DNA of 64,000 bases from Promethearchaeota archaeon. GTDB taxonomy: Archaea > Asgardarchaeota > Lokiarchaeia > Sigyniarchaeales > SOKP01. Shown here in pieces: positions 59,156 through 64,000 of the stretch; position 1 is the stretch's first letter, and each line of letters starts with the position of its first letter. Location: the NCBI GenBank assembly GCA_019058445.1, contig JAHPZA010000006.1:1024001-1088000 (forward strand). The letters are read 5' to 3'. A program made the translations under genes and the position numbers. The notes under the pieces are model-generated. The model saw nothing but the letters and a program-made list of their open reading frames with translations, was not told the DNA's origin and did no database searches.

Positions 59156-60433
59156 CTACAAATCAGCACATAAGAACAAAATAATCTCTTTAATATATGT
59201 TAGAACATCCTTGAACTTAATAGTTTCATTGATCCCATGAGCATTTGAAACGACACTACTATTTCCGTGAATAAGTACATCATACTTTGTCAAGAAGCCC
59301 ATATCAGTTGAACCGGAGGATCCAACAACAGCAATCTCATCTTCAGGAAGACCTTGAACTAAACTCATAACTTTCTTTATTCTCAAATTAGCCAGTGAGT
59401 TCGGATCATTTTTAAAAGCAGGGTAATCATACTTAATCGTAATTTTAACATCTAAAGCTTTGCTTTTAGCTTTACCTCTGTTAACGGCATCTTCTATCTC
59501 TTGAATTACCTCTTCATATTTCTCATCTGGTATATATCGACGGTTTATTGTTAATGTACAGATGTCTGGAACAATATTTTCTTTTTCCCCAGAACGTATT
59601 ATATCGAGGTTAAACATCGGACTCATATTCATTCTTTCACCCCTATCAGAAGGTTTTACTCCCGGAATGTCAGCACTTTCGCGTTCCTCAACTTCTTTTT
59701 TCAATTCCATTAATTCTACCATAATTGGAACCATTTCTTCTAAAGCATTTATTCCCATGAAATTCATTCCTGAATGACAGCTTCTACCGATGGTTTCAAT
59801 AATAATATTTACTGCTCCAGCAGCTCCAACTGGTATTATGGGATTAATAACACCCTCCATACAAAACACAATATCTTTTACATATCCTTGCTCCTCTAGA
59901 TATCGAACTCCAGGATAAGTGCCAATTTCTTCGTCAGTACAATTCATAACCCTAATATTATATTTTGGGGTAAGCTTTAATTTATCCATTATTTGGAGTG
60001 CTAAAATCAGACATACCATGGCACCTTTCATATCGGAGGTTCCTCGTCCGTAAATTTTACCACTTTTAATCATGGTTGCTTGAAAAGGAGGAAAGCGCCA
60101 TCTTTTTTCTCCATCATTGGGTGCTGGTACGACATCCATGTGGCCATAAAAGCAAACGTAATTTTTTTGGCCATAATCTTTCGTTGCCACCAAATTTACA
60201 CGAGGCCCTTCAAGAGGATAGGGTATTTGTTTTACCAGCTCTTCAGGCATAATAATTTCTTCTAAATCATATCCCAATTCCTTAAAATAGGGAGAGATAA
60301 GATCTACGTACTCTCGATATGTATTGCCCGGGGGGACCGTGGTGTCAACCACAATAACCTTCTCCATGAGATCCATAACTCGCTCTCTCCCTATATTATC
60401 AACTTCTTCATAAATTTTCTCTAAATCTTCCAT
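59156..60433 (-). CDS. M20 family (ArgE/DapE-like) metallopeptidase/deacylase
   Basis: YGHMDVVP, GRGTSDMKG, TDEEIG, HSG, NAHG.NE. Confidence 0.92.
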   Translation of the reverse strand: MEDLEKIYEEVDNIGRERVMDLMEKVIVVDTTVPPGNTYREYVDLISPYFKELGYDLEEIIMPEELVKQIPYPLEGPRVNLVATKDYGQKNYVCFYGHMDVVPAPNDGEKRWRFPPFQATMIKSGKIYGRGTSDMKGAMVCLILALQIMDKLKLTPKYNIRVMNCTDEEIGTYPGVRYLEEQGYVKDIVFCMEGVINPIIPVGAAGAVNIIIETIGRSCHSGMNFMGINALEEMVPIMVELMELKKEVEERESADIPGVKPSDRGERMNMSPMFNLDIIRSGEKENIVPDICTLTINRRYIPDEKYEEVIQEIEDAVNRGKAKSKALDVKITIKYDYPAFKNDPNSLANLRIKKVMSLVQGLPEDEIAVVGSSGSTDMGFLTKYDVLIHGNSSVVSNAHGINETIKFKDVLTYIKEIILFLCADL

Positions 60434-60549
60434 TATATAATAACCATTTTTGAAGTTTATTAACTGAAAAAATTTATTGTAAGATATAAGATATTCGCTA
60501 AATGATTAATCATAAAAAAAGGAAATAAAAAAGATGGTTATTAAAGAAT

Positions 60550-61839
60550 TTAGAGGTCTGCGCACAGAAATATGATAAGTTCTTTTATGTATGTTTTTAT
60601 GTCTTTCAATTTAACAGTCTCATTTACACCGTGAGCGTTGGATCCAAGAGTCGCTATACCGTGTATGATAATATCATCAATATTTAAGATTTCAGATACA
60701 TAGCTCATATCTAATGATCCCGCCATTCCTAACATTTCAATTTCATCTTCTGGTATTTTTTGCACAATGGACATGACTTTTTTAATTCTTTTAATTGGAG
60801 CAGTGTTTGGATTAACTCTTAAGGCGGGGTACATATAATTAAAAGTTGTTTTAACTTCAATTGCTTTACTTTTAGTTTTTCCTCTTTCAATAGCATCTAA
60901 AATTTCCTGTTTCACATCATCATAGTTTTCATCTGGTATGATTCGTCTGTTGATTGTCAATACACACGAGTCAGGGACAATGTTCGATTTTTCTCCAGAT
61001 CTAATAATATCTAAATTAAACATAGGGCTCATGTTGAAACTATCTTGTGAACCCGGTCTTGGAAGTCCTAAAATATCCTTACTCTGACGAGCCTCAACTT
61101 CTTTTTTCAATTCCATCAACTCATTTAAAATTGGAATCATTTCTTCAAGGGCATTTATTCCGAGAAAATTCATTCCAGAATGACAGCTTTTTCCAATAGT
61201 TTCAACGATTACATCTAGTGATCCTGCAGCACCTGTAGGTACGAATGGATTAATAGCAAGTTCCATGCAAAAGATTATATCTTTCAAATACCCTTTTTCG
61301 GCCAGATAGCGTACTCCAGGATAATAACCTACTTCCTCATCAGTACAATTAACTATCCTAATATTATATTTTGGAGTAAGTTTTAATTTCTCCATTATTC
61401 GAAGCGCTAATATCAAACATACCATTGCACCTTTCATATCAGAGGTACCGCGCCCGTAAATTTTTCCGCTTTTAATCATTGTAGCTTCAAAAGGGGGGAA
61501 GCGCCATTTATCTTTACCATCCATGGGAGCAGGAACCACATCCATATGTCCGTAGAAAGTAACATATCTTTCTGAATCATAATCTTTTGTTGCCACCAGA
61601 TTTATGCGAGGGCCATCTAAAGGGAGAGGGATTTCTTTAACTACTTCTTCTGGAACAAGTACCTCCTCTAAAGAATAGCCTAGTTCCTTAAAAAAAGGAG
61701 ATATAGTATCAACATATTCCCGATAAGTATTAGCTGGGGGAATTGAAGTATCAATACTTATAAGAGCTTTCATCAGATTCATAAGCTCTTCACGATCTAA
61801 ATTATCTACAGCATCGAAAATCTCATCTAAATTTAGCAT
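60550..61839 (-). CDS. M20 family (ArgE/DapE-like) metallopeptidase/deacylase, tandem paralog
   Basis: Same motifs and long identical stretches shared with the 59156-60433 protein. Confidence 0.92.
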   Translation of the reverse strand: MLNLDEIFDAVDNLDREELMNLMKALISIDTSIPPANTYREYVDTISPFFKELGYSLEEVLVPEEVVKEIPLPLDGPRINLVATKDYDSERYVTFYGHMDVVPAPMDGKDKWRFPPFEATMIKSGKIYGRGTSDMKGAMVCLILALRIMEKLKLTPKYNIRIVNCTDEEVGYYPGVRYLAEKGYLKDIIFCMELAINPFVPTGAAGSLDVIVETIGKSCHSGMNFLGINALEEMIPILNELMELKKEVEARQSKDILGLPRPGSQDSFNMSPMFNLDIIRSGEKSNIVPDSCVLTINRRIIPDENYDDVKQEILDAIERGKTKSKAIEVKTTFNYMYPALRVNPNTAPIKRIKKVMSIVQKIPEDEIEMLGMAGSLDMSYVSEILNIDDIIIHGIATLGSNAHGVNETVKLKDIKTYIKELIIFLCADL

Positions 61840-61932
61840 AATAATTAACTCCAGTTTTAAAAAATTTGAGTTATAATTTGTATGATATATAAAATTTTAC
61901 ATGATTAAAAAGAAGTTATAAAGTTTAAAAAG

Positions 61933-63054
61933 TCACCATAATAGAATTCTACCACAATTCTTACAAACTCCTTCATTAATTTGTTGATTTAAGCAATTTT
62001 CATGGTAAGGTGCGCTACATTCCTTACATATATAGATTTTGCCCTTAACTTCACTGAAGTCATAGCCGCAATACACACACTTACTATTAAACGTAAAGTT
62101 AGTATCATTAGCTTCAACTATTTGGGAAGTACCCGTTAATCCAACACCATTTCCTACATTTGAAGGTGTAACGTAATTATCTTGCTGAGGGAATGAAACC
62201 CATTGATCTTCCAAAGATTGTTGGGGATATTGTTGCCTTGGTGATTCCCCATAGGACACATATCCTGGTGATGCATTCTTAGAAAGTCCCATCTTTTGGG
62301 TTATTTTTTCGTCTAATATGTTAGTTAGAATTAACGCAGAAGCGTATTTTCCCTTGGAGCCCCCTTTTTGTAAATGTGTGTGTGAAATCATGTGAATTAC
62401 TCTACCTCCATTCTGTCCGTAATCGAAATAACAAAATACAGGGGATTCACCCCACTTTTGTTGTAGTTCTTGAGAGGAAATTAATACCCGTACAGCATTA
62501 TGGTTCAGGATCTGAATAGGGAATGAGCGATACTCAAGCCACCATTTAAATTCTTCTTGTTTTATATTATTGGCGGATTTCTTAGTCCATTTATCTTGTT
62601 TAATTTCACTTATGACGCCATCTAGAAATGGGTGGTTTGGTTCAATTATCTGACAGGTTACAATTGCGTCTTCGGTTCTATCTTTATTCCATCTTATAAA
62701 TCCAGGGAAAACCGGTTCCACAAAATTTTTTATACACCAATCTGTAGTGAGAATCCAACCCCCTTTTGCCACAAAATCTTTTATTTTTTGATAGGCAGGC
62801 GTTGGAATTTTATCTCCAGGGCACCCTATTATTATCAGGTCATAATTATCAAAATTATATTTTAACACGTCCTTAGGATCAATTATTTTTTTCTCTGAGG
62901 CGTATAAATTATTAATTACTTTTTTTGGCTTCTCAAACCTCCCATTTATACATAAGACCTTACCATGTTTTTCTACTGCTTTGACAATATCCTTTTTATT
63001 TAACGCTTCCATTTTGCGTTTTTTCACTTCAGAGTAGAGATCTTTCCAGCTCAT
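61933..63054 (-). CDS. GATase-1/DJ-1-like domain fused to a C-terminal C4HC3 RING-variant/PHD-like finger
   Basis: YDLIIIGCPG...IKDFVAKGGWILTTDW; C-terminus CVYC-x13-CKEC-x4-H-x2-C-x9-CKNC. Confidence 0.7.
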   Translation of the reverse strand: MSWKDLYSEVKKRKMEALNKKDIVKAVEKHGKVLCINGRFEKPKKVINNLYASEKKIIDPKDVLKYNFDNYDLIIIGCPGDKIPTPAYQKIKDFVAKGGWILTTDWCIKNFVEPVFPGFIRWNKDRTEDAIVTCQIIEPNHPFLDGVISEIKQDKWTKKSANNIKQEEFKWWLEYRSFPIQILNHNAVRVLISSQELQQKWGESPVFCYFDYGQNGGRVIHMISHTHLQKGGSKGKYASALILTNILDEKITQKMGLSKNASPGYVSYGESPRQQYPQQSLEDQWVSFPQQDNYVTPSNVGNGVGLTGTSQIVEANDTNFTFNSKCVYCGYDFSEVKGKIYICKECSAPYHENCLNQQINEGVCKNCGRILLW

Positions 63055-63148
63055 TTTTTTAATCTAAATAAAGTTTTAAGGAAATAGAGTGTATTTTATA
63101 AATAGTAAACTTCTATTCATATATATATTTTCATTGGAAGCGATTTTA

Positions 63149-64000
63149 GTGACTCAAATATTAAAAGATTTAGGTGAACCTTTGGAATTTTGGGAATATT
63201 TTGAACAAATTTCTAAAATTCCCCATTGTTCTGGAAAAGAAGAGAAAGTGAGAGAGTATATTAAAAACGAAGCAGAAAGGTTAGGGTTTAAAACTCAAGT
63301 TGATAAAACCGGAAACCTTTTGGTAAAATCTGCTATAAATCAGAATAGGAAAAATCATCGTAAAGTTATTTTACAATGTCATATGGATATGGTATGCGAA
63401 AAGAATGAAGGTGTCGTGCATGATTTTTCTAAAGACCCACTACAATTAGAAGTAGTTAAAATGGAGGGTGAGAAATGGCTTACGGCAAAAGGAACGACTC
63501 TTGGAGCAGATAATGCGGTTGGAATTGCATATATTTTAGCATTGATGAAAAGGTTGAATTCAAAAGCGTTAAAATTTGATCCTCTTGTAATCGAAATGTT
63601 ATTTACAGTCGATGAGGAGGTTGGGTTGGTTGGAGCATTTAATATCGACAAGGAATTAATCAAAGGGGGAACTTATCTTCTCAATTTAGATTCCGAAGAA
63701 GATGATAGATTTACAATTGGATGTGCTGGAGGAATTAATACAGTTGGAGAAATTAAATTTGAATACAGCCCGCTTAAAAAATGTCTAAAAAATGCTATTC
63801 CTCTTAGATTATCTATCACTGGTTTACTGGGGGGTCATTCTGGTACAGATATCCACAAAGATCGGGCAAATTCAATAAAAATTATGAGTAAGATTTTATG
63901 GAAAGTAAATCATGAGTTTTCGATTTGCTTACATTCACTGAATGGAGGAAACAGAGCAAATGCGATTCCACGAGAAGCTCAAGCAATTTTATTTGTGGAA
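63149..64000 (+). CDS. pepD: Aminoacyl-histidine dipeptidase PepD (M20C), 3'-truncated by window edge; not in ORF track
   Basis: GTG start; FWEYFEQISKIPHCSGKE, ILQCHMDMVCEK, GTTLGADNAVG, TVDEEVGLVGA, NLDSEE, IGCAGG, GGHSG.DIH..RAN. Confidence 0.93.
   Translation, partial: MTQILKDLGEPLEFWEYFEQISKIPHCSGKEEKVREYIKNEAERLGFKTQVDKTGNLLVKSAINQNRKNHRKVILQCHMDMVCEKNEGVVHDFSKDPLQLEVVKMEGEKWLTAKGTTLGADNAVGIAYILALMKRLNSKALKFDPLVIEMLFTVDEEVGLVGAFNIDKELIKGGTYLLNLDSEEDDRFTIGCAGGINTVGEIKFEYSPLKKCLKNAIPLRLSITGLLGGHSGTDIHKDRANSIKIMSKILWKVNHEFSICLHSLNGGNRANAIPREAQAILFVE

Noticed and set aside
1-64000. Numerous short ORFs nested in or antisense to long genes (e.g. 1856-2242, 24576-24905, 32954-33424, 63379-63663)
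   Set aside because: They fully overlap well-supported genes and lack motifs
1-64000. CRISPR arrays, IS elements, integrases, proviral genes, rRNA
   Set aside because: No regularly spaced repeats, transposase or integrase motifs, tRNA-end duplications or rRNA sequence were seen by eye

Overview
AT-rich archaeal chromosomal window, most likely an Asgard archaeon of the Lokiarchaeia type (inferred from Vps28, Yip1, roadblock and EMC3/TMCO1 homologues, Sec machinery and multi-intron tRNAs). It is mostly housekeeping DNA: ribosomal stalk genes (uL10/P1), the S19-L15 block of the S10/spc cluster, a displaced and inverted secY-DUF106 pair, and L34e-cmk-L14e-tRNA-Ser. It also holds a loose selenocysteine locus (SepSecS, tRNA-Sec, SelB), a 1762-aa FG-GAP/beta-propeller surface protein coupled to an ABC exporter, a divergent DUF4430/ECF-S (probable cobalamin uptake) pair, and various metabolic genes. 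Highlights: (1) three tRNA genes (Ser-GGA, Ile-UAU, Sec-UCA), each with two BHB introns and each with an exactly 31-nt, sequence-unrelated intron at 59/60; (2) a tRNA-Ile(UAU) that resembles the eukaryotic one; (3) apparent near-cognate start codons (ATA, ATT, ACG, ATC), including for ribosomal protein S14; (4) a co-oriented run linking two coiled-coil proteins, a longin/DENN-like protein, Yip1 and Vps28. No CRISPR array, transposase, integrase, rRNA or selenoprotein ORF was seen.
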